Shown piece by piece: positions 13,561 through 25,500 of a stretch of DNA of 64,000 bases. The notes under the pieces are model-generated. The model saw nothing but the letters and a program-made list of their open reading frames with translations, had not been told where the DNA came from and searched no databases. Location: contig OZ024742.1 of NCBI GenBank assembly GCA_964016885.1, forward strand, positions 261,082,001 to 261,146,000, given 5' to 3'. Positions within the stretch are counted from its first letter, which is position 1. Each line of letters begins with the position of its first letter. This DNA comes from Eledone cirrhosa (lineage: Eukaryota). Made by a program: the position numbers and the translations under genes.

Positions 13561-16500
13561 TTTAATGACCATGCTGTAAAATGGAGGGGTAGAGAGGGCC
13601 CTTGAGTCTAGTAAGACATCCTCTCTAGTGCTGGTGGCACAAATAAAAGCACCCAGTCCATGCTGTAAAGTGGCGCTGGTGTTAGGAAGGGCATCCAACC
13701 AGTGTATCAATGCCAAAAAAACTTATCAGCACAGCAACAAAACAGCATAGAAAAATATGAAGACGTCGCATCTCAGAGTTGCAACACTTAATGTTGGCAC
13801 TCTCAGAGGTAGATCTGCTGAAATAGCTTAGATGTTGGAGAGAAGGCAGGTGGATGTGTGCTGCGTGCAAGAGGTGAGATGGAGAGGTGCCTCTGCGAGA
13901 CTAGTCGTAGGCAAGCGTCTTAGCTATAAGCTATTCTGGGTAGGTAAGGATGATGGGTTAGGGGGAGTAGGCATTTTCCTGGCTGAGAAATGGATCAATA
14001 AGACAATAGAGGTAGTTCGAGTTAGTAATCGAATAATTAAGCTTAGATTAGTTGTAGGTAGGAGACTACTGACAATCATCTCGGTCTATGCTCCCCAAGC
14101 AGGCCTAGGCAAAGATGAGAAAGACTGCTTTTATGAGCAACTTTTGCAAACAACCACAATGACAGAGGACGGAGACATCGTTATGCTAGCAGGAGACTTC
14201 AATGGTCATGTTGGACAGCTCCAGGATGGTTACACTGGGGTACATGGTGGGCACGGTTACGGTTCAAGAAATGAAGAAGGAGTGAGACTTCTTGAATTTT
14301 GTGATGCAAGTACATTGACTATTTGCAACACAAACTTCCAGAAACCTGCCAATCACCTAATAACCTACAAATCTGGTGAGCACATAAGCCAGATTGACTT
14401 CTTGCTAGTTAGGCAGCGGGACAGGCAGATAGTGTCTAATACCAAGGCATACCCTGGGGAAGAATGTACCCCACAGCATAGGTTAGTTGTTAGTGATATC
14501 TCAGTAAGCAAGAGATGGAATGAGACATATAGGAAGGTGTGGAGAAGAAAAGTCTGGAAGCTAAAAGACCTTTCACTAAAATTCAAATTTAGGAAAGCCC
14601 TTCAAGATGTATATGACGAAAAAGAAGACGATTTAGAGACGTATGACATAGATAATAACTGGAAGTTCTTACGTGACAACTTGCTGCAGGCTACTGATGA
14701 AACCTGTGGCTGGAGCAGAGCTCCAACCAGACAGAGAGTGACCTGGTGGTGGAACAGCACAGTAGATAAGGCTATTAGAGACAAAAGACTAGCATGGAAG
14801 GCTTGGAAAAAGGGTGGGAGTAGGGAAGAATATACAGCCACTAAGAGAGAAGCTAGACGTCAGGTGTACTTAGCACGCAGGGAGGCAGAGAGTAGGAGGT
14901 TTGCCAATGTTCTGCGACAGGAAGATCAGAGGCGTGCGGTGTTCCACATTGCAAGGCAGTGTGTCAATGCAAATCAGGATGTTGTTGGTGATAAATGTGT
15001 CCGGGATGATGCCGGTGTACTTAGTGTCACGAATGACCAGAAAAAGGAGGCCTGGAAATGTCATTATGAGAGACTGATGAATGTGGAGAACGAATGGGAG
15101 AGAGAGAAATTACCCTTGATAGATCCGACAGAGGGACCAGCTATTGAGATTGACGAATATAGGGTCCAAGAGGCGATTAGGGAAATGAAAAATGGTAAGG
15201 CGGCCGGACCATCGGGAATAGTTGCTGAGATGCTGAAGGCATCAGGGGGCGTAGGCACTAAACTGGTTGCACGCATCATCAATCAGGCTATATATGGTGG
15301 TGTCATACCCAAAGACTGGTGCAGCAGTATTCTCATAAATTGCTACAAAGGTAAAGGGGATGCTTTGGAGAGGAGCAATTATAGGGGTATAAAACTGATA
15401 GATCAGGTTATGAAAGTGGCAGAAAGGATTTTAGCACAACTAATTAGAGAAAGGGTCAAACTAGATGAGATGCAGTTTGGTTTTGTGCCTGGGAAGAGTA
15501 CAACAGATGCCCTCTTCTTGGTGAGACAAATGCAAGAGAGGTTCTTAGAGAAGAATAAGCCACTATACTTAGCCTTTGTTGACCTAGAGAAGGCCTTTGA
15601 TAAGGTACCCCGATCTGTCATCTGGTGGTCCCTAAGGAAGCTAGGTGTTGAGGAATGGCTTGTGAGGACAGTGCAAACTTTGTACAGAAGTACTCTCAGT
15701 AAAGTCAGGGTAGGAATGGAGTTTAGTGAGGAATTCCAGATACAAGTAGGAGTACATCAGGGTTCGGTCCTCAGCCCGCTCTTGTTCATTATAGTCCTCC
15801 AAGCCATAACAGAGGAGTTTAAGACTGGCTGTCCATGGGAACTTCTCTATGCTGACGATCTGGCTCTTATAGCAGAATCAGTAGAGGAGCTAGAGAATAA
15901 ATTCCGGCTATGGAAACAGCAGTTGGAAGCAAGAGGACTGAGAGTAAATCTAGCTAAGACAAAAGTGTTGAGTAGAAAAGAGGACAAAACCCTGATTCCG
16001 TCAGGGAAATGGCCATGTTCGATTTGCAGAAAAGGAACTGGCATAAATTCTATAAAATGCACACAATGCAGGTCCTGGGTACACAAGAGATGTAGCGGGA
16101 TAGCAGGCAAACTAACAGGTAGGGAGAAATATGTATGCAGTAGATGTACAGGGAAATTAGACAGTAGAAGTCGCACTGATAGACACATTTTTCAAATGCG
16201 AGAGGGCGCTATAGAAGTGGTGGATAGCTTCTGGTACCTGGGAGATCAGATTAGCATGGGAGGAGGGTGTTCCGAGGCCATAGTATCTAGAATAAGGACG
16301 GGTTGGAAGAAGTTTAGGGAGCTGCTTCCTCTGTTGACGAAGAAGGGTTTCTCCCTGCGTACGAAAGGCCGGTTGTATGATGCCTGTGTGAGGAGCGCGA
16401 TGCTGCATGGTAGTGAGACATGGGCAGCAACAGCAGAGGATATGCGACGGCTGGAGAGAAATGAGGCAAGCATGCTCCGTTGGATGTGCAGTGTAAATGT

Positions 16501-19500
16501 GCGTGAACGACCCAACATAAATGTGTTGAGAGAGAAACTGTGTCTGAGAGGGATAGAATGTAGTGTACGGGAGAGGAGACTGAGGTGGTATGGACATGTG
16601 ATGCGCATGGAGGATGACCGATGGGTGAAGAAGTGCCAGGAAATGCCAGTTGAAGGAAGACGTGGTAGAGGTAGACCACAAAAAACATGGGCGGAGGTGG
16701 TGAGAACAGACCTCAGATCATTGAAGCTCACGGTGGAGATGACGAGGGACCGTGACGAGTGGAGAGATGCTGTGCTGAATAAGACCCGTCCCACCCTTGC
16801 AAGCAGGGAAAAGCGGACGTAAAATGATGATGATGATGATATTATGGGAAAAGTGTAAATTGTGTATTCATTGCTCTTTAAAGATATTGTTTTCTTTTCT
16901 TTTTAGGGAGTACATTGAGGAGGAAAAGAAGCTTTCCAAACTGCAATCATGGAAAAAAGAACAAAAACAGGTAACTTTTCCTTCATAACATTAACCCTTT
17001 TGATAACAAACTGCCTGAAACTGCCCCTGGTTCTAAGATGCAAAGCTGTTTATTTTAAAGTGTTTATATTTATCTAAGCCCCTTCCATCATCATCTATAT
17101 ATATAAAACTGTGGTTGTCTGTCTGTCTATCGATTTTTGGCACACATCTCCTCTTAGAATCTCTCACGGAATTGCACCGAAATTGCTATACTTGTACATT
17201 GAGCCCTAGCGAAGACATCGGAGAAAAAGAAATTTCAAATTGACCCACCCTATCTGACGAAATCGAATATAATGTATCGATTTTTGAGCGTAAGTTATCA
17301 GTTATTTCCCTTTGTTCTGTTTACATTGAGCGTCTTACGTAAAAAATTACGCTGGCTTTAACAGTTGTCGAGCCAGCAAAATATTGACCTGCAAAATTCA
17401 TCAGTTCGAACACTAAGCTTCCGTTTTGCTTCATTTCCATTTAAAAGCATTTTAAAACAAGATTTTTACTTGAAAACAAGTCTATTTAAAGACTACGTAA
17501 AACAAGCAAATATTTCGTCGTTAGGCGTGCAGACAGACAGTCGTGCAGAGAGGTGATATACGCGTGCAGACAGACAGTCGTGCAGAGAGGTGATATAGGC
17601 GTGCAGACAGACAGTCGTGCAGAGAGGTGATATAGGCGTGCAGACAGATAGTCGTGCAGAGAGGTGATATAGGCGTGCAGACAGACATAACTGATAATTT
17701 GGTTACGCTAATGTTTTTCTCTGCGTTGCAGTGTTTACATTTTCGATCTTTGTTAATAAATAACCAGTGCAGTTTCTATCCCCAGCATCCTCTTTTGTTA
17801 TAACATTCGGGTTATCGTTATGTTTTCTTAACTTCATAAGGCATATTGTTGGTTGAGGGAATATTAATCAAAAACACCACATGCAAGTCTGCACAGTAGA
17901 CACTACAGTTTTTAAGCCACGAAAGAAACTTAACATTGTAACTTTAACACAGCTACTGAGCGACCCCGAGCAACGCCGGGCTTTACTGCTAGTTTAGTTA
18001 TATTCCAAACACCAGCTTAATAAGGAGAAAGTTAGTTATTCAACTAAATCTTTCCAAATTCTTGATTACATTCAAAAGGAATTGAAAACCAAAAGCAGTG
18101 TTTTCCTTTAGAAATATGGAAATGAAAGGTTTAAAGTATATATTATCATCGTTTCACATCCATTTTCCATCCTGGCATAGGTTGGGTGCATTGTATGAAA
18201 TCACATTCTGTAACTAGACAGGACAGATGACCATGTCCTCCTCATACATTCCATTTTAGCATGGTTTCTACAGCTGGATTCACTTCCTGATGCCAACCAC
18301 TTTGTACAGTGTACTGAGTGAATTGTATCATGACACCAGCACTACCACTTTACTGCATGGACTGGGTGCATTTTATCATGACATTATCACAACCGGCTTA
18401 CAATATGGACTAGGTACATTTTATTGTGCTCACCAGCAATATCTAAAAGCCTCCCATCATAATTTCATGAGTCTTTGTTAAATTACGGTCTAAACACCAA
18501 TAAAATAATGAGAAAGTTAGTAATATTACTAAATCGCTCCAAATTCTTGATTATTTTTAATATGAATTGAAAATTATTGATAGTGTTGTTCATTTCAAAT
18601 ATGAAAATGAAAGGGTTAAATTATTACTCAGGCAGCTTTCTTTATTTGATAATGCATACTACTTTAAATCCCGTAGGATCAGACCAATATTTCATGATAT
18701 ATTCTAGATTATATCACATAAGAACTGACTAGTAGTTGTTGATAACAAGTACTACATTATACTACATAAAGGTGAGCTGGCATTTCAAAGTGTGCACTCT
18801 ATTTTATGTTATCATACATAATGATGGGCTGGTATTTGATTGATAACACAAACAAGGGCGGGCTCTGTTTTTAAAAATGTTATTTGTGTAGTGCGTCAGA
18901 ATAATTAATTATTGATTTTATAATGGGTAATTAAATATTAATTTACCTGATTATTGATAATTACAGGCGTTTTCTTTTGGTTTGTTTTCCATTCAACACA
19001 ACTTGATCACCCTCAATACAAATTACTAAATCAGTTGAATCAATTTCTCTAGTTTTCTTCTTTTATGATCGAATTGTTAACATTTAACATCATCATCATC
19101 GTTTAATGTTCATTTTTCCATGCTAGCATGGCCATGTGCTGCAACATGTTTTCTACTCCATCCTTGTTTCAACCACAAACCCGGGCACTGCTGCCTGTAA
19201 TGAGGAAGAGAGGTAAATAGTTAAATACCAGAACTTGATGGACAGCTTCCTTTTCCTGCCATTTGCTGTCAAGACCTCTGGGGTCCTTAGTTCCTGAACT
19301 GCCATTTTCCTCTGCAAAATCAATTCCTGTCTGAGGAAGGAGTCCTGTGAGGGGTAGTTGCTGATGCAGCTGTTATCACTGTCTGTTCTCTGTAGAAATG
19401 CCTTTGCTACTTTGTCCACAGGGTGTAGCTGAGATGTATCACTGAGATTGGGATGTAGAGTCTGCTGCTCCTTCCCTCTTTCTTCTACCTTTGCTTTTTT

Positions 19501-22500
19501 ATTTTTATTTATTTTTATTTTTTGTATTTTTTTATATGTAAATGTTGAATTGTAAATGTCTTTCTTTTATTTTTGAATAAAACCAAATATTTTAAACATA
19601 AAAAAAGGTTAAGCTGTTAACTTTAAGGATTAAGCTTTTCACCCTTTGTTACTCTATTTCTTACAAAAGACACTGCCCAATACTTTTCCAATAATTTTGA
19701 AGATAATCAAGAATTTAAGGGATTCAAAAATATAACTAATTTTCTCAATATTAAGTTAGTGCTTAGAATGGTAGATTGGTAGAAGCATTAAAGTGGCGGG
19801 TGAAATGCTTTGCAGTGTTTAGCTATGTTCTGAGCCCAAATCCTGCTATGGTGAATTTTGCCTTTCATCCTTCTAGGGTCAATAAAATAATGTACCAGTT
19901 GAGTACTGAAGTCGAATTACTCAGCTTTCACCTCTGCCAAAACTACTGACTTTGTGTCTAAATTTGAAACAATTATTAAGTTAGTGTTTAGTGCATAACT
20001 TAAAGGTTTTCTTTTTTTCAAGAAAATCCTTACTAATGCAGTTTCATGTGAAACAGGATGTTAATAGTTAACTTATCTGGTTCCTGTTGATTCCATATTT
20101 GTTAGCATAGTATCGAAGAAACTTGGTAAAATTTCTCTTGAAGGAGAATTTCAACATCGATAAGAGATTTATTGGAATTTATTGTATGTTTCTATTCTCA
20201 CTGGAATTTTTATTGGTAAAAATATAAATTTCTGTCAATGAGTTTCAAATAATTTTGAAAACAATCAGCAATTTGAATGGATTTAAAAATATAACTAACA
20301 TTCTCATTATTAAGCTGCTATTTGGAACATAATTTAACAAAGGTTCTTATATAAGATTATGATGAGAGATTTTTAGATAAATACTTTAATAGTTCTGTAT
20401 CGTAGAACTAGGATCACTTTCAGGGGGTATGGTATCAAAAAGGTTAAACATTTATTTTATTAATTGGTATATTTATTTATTTATCTATAGTGCTTTGGGT
20501 TTGATCCCACTGCATGGCATTTGGGGCAAGTATCTTCTACTATAGCCTCAGGTTGACCAGCGCCTTGTGTGTGAAATTTGGTTTGTCTGTGTTTATGTAT
20601 ACCAATGTAAATCAGTGCACTATTATCATTTTGCATCTGCTTTTCATACTGGAATGTGTTGGATGGGCTATTAATCCAAAACTTGGCAGGTCAGTTGGAA
20701 CCACACCTTACTCATATGTTCCATCTTCATCTGGATGTCTTTCGTATCACTAACTACTTTACAAAGTGTATTGGGTGCATTTTATCATTGCACATTTATG
20801 TGAAAACAGTAAAACTTAGTGGTTCAATAGACAGAGATTAGAGGTGGAATACCAGACAAAAATAAGTACTAAGGGGTTGTTGTGGTTGTTAATATAATCA
20901 ATTAAAACCCTTGGGAGTATTACCCAACCTTGACCACAATCAAATGACTGAAGTCAGTAAAAAATACCGATACTGCCAGGGCGGTGAATTGGCAGTATCG
21001 GTAGAGGGTTGGACGCCATGCTTTCTAGCATAGTTACGTCCCTTTACAGTCTGAGTTCAAATCCCGCCGAGGTTAACTTTGCCTTTCATCCTTACGGGGT
21101 TGATAAAATAAAGTACCAGTAATGTACTGGGTAATTGCTGGCCTTGTGCTTAAAGTAGAAACAATTATTTACTGTTTGAAAATATAGTTGCCACAATGCT
21201 AATAACTATAGTAATAGTTGGTAACTATAAATATTAGTTGAAGGGATTGCATACACCTGAAGATGGAAAAAAAGTGAATAGAGACATCTGTGTTTTCAGA
21301 TTATAAATATCCCAATATTTCCTAAGTCAACCAATCATTGTTTATTTATTTTTGTTTCTTTTCTCTCACCTTGCTTGTCTCATCAATCTAGAAATGGAAT
21401 CATTTTAAAGCAGATGTTCGAAACAGTGTCAAAACATGGGGCCTCTGGTCAAATTCTATTAAATCCATCAACGGTAAGTCATAAGATTCTTCAGATACAT
21501 TCCACTAAATATATTGTGTTTCTTCCTCATCTTCTGTAGATTTGGCATAAGAATGTTTCTAAAGATCTAATATTGTTATTGCTCCTTCATGCTTGTTCTG
21601 TACTGTGATTTCTATTTCACCACCATCAACATTATCATCATCATTATCGTCATCATATGTCCATTTTCCATGCTGGCATTGGTTGTTATGGTCTGAGACT
21701 AGATTAGTTGGAAAACCACATCTTGCCTTTATGTTTCATATTTGACATGGCCTCTACTGCTGGATACCCTTCCTAATGCCAACCATTCAACAGAGTGTAC
21801 TGGGTACATTTTGTCATGGACCAGCACTAAAGAGGTTGTCAAATGCTCGGCCAACTGAAAAGTCCTCTGTTACCATATATTGTTACCATTTGATTGCCAA
21901 CCACGTTACAGAGTGTATTGAGTGCACTTTATCGTGACACCAACACTAGAGATGTTGTCAGTTACTTGACCATTCCGAGGGGAGGGAGGAACCTAGTGCG
22001 TTCTACTGTGTCATAGGAGGTTGTCTATGTAGTATTACTTATTTCTTAACTCTTAACATTCTGCACCACCAGAAATTGCATTAGAAAAGGCATTCTTGAA
22101 AAGTATAAGACAGCACTATAACCCCCATCATATTAAAAATTAATGTCTTTACAAAGATCTATCCACTAGTAAAGATGCTATAAACATTTGAATTAACAAA
22201 CCTGTATTTAGATATTTTCTGCTAAATTATCGCAGGTTATTAAGAGTTAATGTATTTTTCTTGTTAATCTCACTTTTTACTTGATGTAACCTCCACCCCC
22301 CACTGTTTTTGTTTATTATTTTCCTTTGTATTTCACCATTGTGAAGAAAAAAACTACATCTAAGCATCTTTTGGGGGTGAATAAAGTCCCAATCACTTTA
22401 ATCAACAAACTCATTCCCCAAATTCTGTGGCCTTGCATCAAAGTTGAAAATTGTCTTTATTGATACCAAGCTGTCTGAAACTGCTCTTCGTTCTACAATG

Positions 22501-25500
22501 GTTATTTTTATTTATCTAGAAACTGTCTGTCATAATTTATGTATGAATCTATGTTAAGTTATGTTCCAAATGCTAGATAAATAATGAGAAAGCTAGCTAT
22601 ATTGCTAAATCCACCCAAATTCTTGATTATTTTGAAAATCATTTGAAAATCAGGCAGTGTCTTTCATTAGAAATATAGTAATGAAAGTGTTAAGAAGGCC
22701 ATGTGTGGCAAGACTAGTGGAATGATGGACAAAATACCTTGTAGTACTTGATTACATTCTGAGTTCAAATCCTGCTTGGGTAAATTTTACCTTTCTGCCT
22801 TCTAGGGGCAATAAAATTACCAGTTTGGTAAAAATTGACGGATCTGACTATCAACTGAGTTCATCATGAAGATCACCTTGTCGCCTTTTTGTAGCTGGGA
22901 AGAGCAGTCTGTTTTTGTTTGTCTGTCTGGTGGCCATGGCGAAAGAGGTCATATTGTAGACACATCTGAAAGAGCTGAAGGCAGGCACTTTCCTCTTTGG
23001 TGACGCCCTGATTAACTTCTTCGAGTTTCACTTGTAGAGGAAGATCAGGGTGGAGAGGGAAGTGCTGACTTCCAGCCACTTTATTGAAAGGTGGGTGAAA
23101 GAGGTGAGAATGGCCTGAGTAGATTGAAGGAGGACTCCTGGGAAATGACACATGCCCTGGCTGTCAGGGTGACTGTGGCTTTTTGTGGGTTTTCTCCATG
23201 AGTGACCCTTGGTAGTCTCTCCCCCTATTGGGGAATTTTCTTTTGTTCTAATTTTTGTTACATCCTTTGTTTTTGATTTATGTTTGTTTGTTTTTTACAT
23301 GTAGAAATCCCAATTTGTACTGTCTTTAATGTTATACTTTTGTAAACCTTGTTGTTAATAAGGAAAACAATATCATTATTATTATTATTATTAAAATTTA
23401 GCTTCATGTATGTGAATTTCATGTATGTGAATTTCAAATATCTAAAGATATACGGTATGTTTAGTAGTTAAACATTTGGAAGCCCAGCTATGTATATTGA
23501 AAGGCTGATTATTATTATATTTTACTTTATATGTAATGATTAACAAGTGTCATCCAGATATTTAGAGCAGGCATCTTTGGTTTTGACAGTTTTCAATAGT
23601 TTTTTTTTCCTGTATTATTCCATCCTCACATTCACTTAACAAGTCACATCACAAAAGTTGATGGGTAAATAAGATTAGAGAGAGAGAAAATATATATAGA
23701 AAGATAGGAGTAGGAAGAGATAAAAAGTAGTATTAAGGAGTATCAAAGATAAGAATTAATTTTGTGTGTGTCTGTAGTATTGTAGGAGGACAACTGGGAG
23801 AGGGCGCTTGCCCTAGTGGTCAACCTGACTGTGTCTTTTGTGGGCTTTCTCCACAAGTAACTCTCTGTGGTCTCCCTCCTATTAGGGATTTTTCCTTTGT
23901 TTCCATTTTTTTTGTTACATCTTTTGTTGCGTCCTTAATCTACTTTTTGTAAACTCTTTTCTTAATAGAGAAAACATTATTATTATTAGTATAATTATTC
24001 ATAATGCGTTTGCTCTGGCAGATGTTATACTGACACTATACCAAAAGCGCAAACCATAGCCAATGGCAAAAGGTCCTTTGGGTTATTCCTTCTCCTTCAA
24101 CTTTTCAACACCCTCCATAGAATCCTTGCTGTTCCTAGCAAGGCTGTTTTCTGCAACAATCCCATCCTGATTGTAATTTCTAGCGTCTCAAGCCATGCAT
24201 CCAACCTTTTACTAACTGTTCCCAGTGCGCCAACCACAATTGGTACCACTGCTATGTGTCTGATTCTCCATAGTTTTCTGATTTCTCTCTTCAGCTCCTG
24301 GTATTTCTCAACTTTCTCACTTTCCTTCTCACCCACGGTGAAGCAATATCCACAATACTTGCCTTGTTATTCTTCTTTTCAATGACAACAATGTCAGGTT
24401 TTCTAGCCACGATAAAATGGTTGCACTCAATGGTCATATCCCACAAGATCTTTTATTGTTCATTATCAGCAATCCTTTCTAGTTGGTATTCATATCATTT
24501 CTCACTTCAGCTCAGTAATACTTCTGATAGAACTTCCAATGAACCAATCTGGCAATGTTGTCACACCTTCTCTGATATTCTTTCTGAGCAAGCATCTTAT
24601 ATTCACTAATAATGTGGTTTATTGTTTCACCTTTCACACCACACAACCTACAAAGTGAGAAATTCACTGACTTGTCAATATTGAACCTGATATAGTTCAT
24701 TCTCAATGCTTGTTCCTGGGCTGCAAAAATAAGGGTTTCTGTTTCAACTTTTATGTCACTTTTCCTAGTCCATTCCCAATTCTTTTCTTTGTCAACTGTC
24801 TCAGGCATTTCACAAAAGAATTGACCAATTATTATTATAAATATTTGCCTTTCATTCCTCTTGGGTCAATAAAAGTGCAAGTCAAGTAAGTACTTGGGTT
24901 GATTTAATTGGCTTTCCCTAAATTTGTTGACTTTGTCCCCAAATTAGAACTCATTCATCATCATCACATTTAATATCCATTTCTCCTCTCGCAAGGGTAC
25001 GACAAGTGCATTTTATTGTGACATATGCACTACGGAGGTTGTCATGTCTTTGACACAACTAATGAGTCCTCTCAACTCTTTGTTTGGCAAGTTTTCTATG
25101 GTTTGATTCTCTTTCTATCACTAGCGAATACTGGGTGTGTTCTATCATGCCCACATCAATATTAGAGCGGTTGTGATACCCTGGACACATTTTCTATCTT
25201 TGCAGGTCAATATGGCAATGGGATGGTGGCGTTTTTTCATTTCCTCCGATGGCTGGTCACACTCAACTTCCTGCTGATGTTGATTATGCTGTGTATAACA
25301 ACAATTCCTTTCATCAGTTCCTCCAATCACCTTGACTTTAGCTATTACTTGAGATCTTCCACTGAGACATGGATACCAAACAATCAGTATGTTGAAGAGG
25401 CTGAGAACTGTTCCAGGATTTATTTCAATTTTACAACAACTAATGTGGGTACTAGAAAAGTACATGAACATATTAAGGATGCACTCCAAGGAACTGTATG

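Noticed and set aside
14365-16794. Antisense ORFs over the RTE elements
   Set aside because: Shadow frames of the LINE ORF with no independent motifs
20979-21070. tRNA gene
   Set aside because: A and B boxes belong to a SINE head followed by the Nin core; no full cloverleaf
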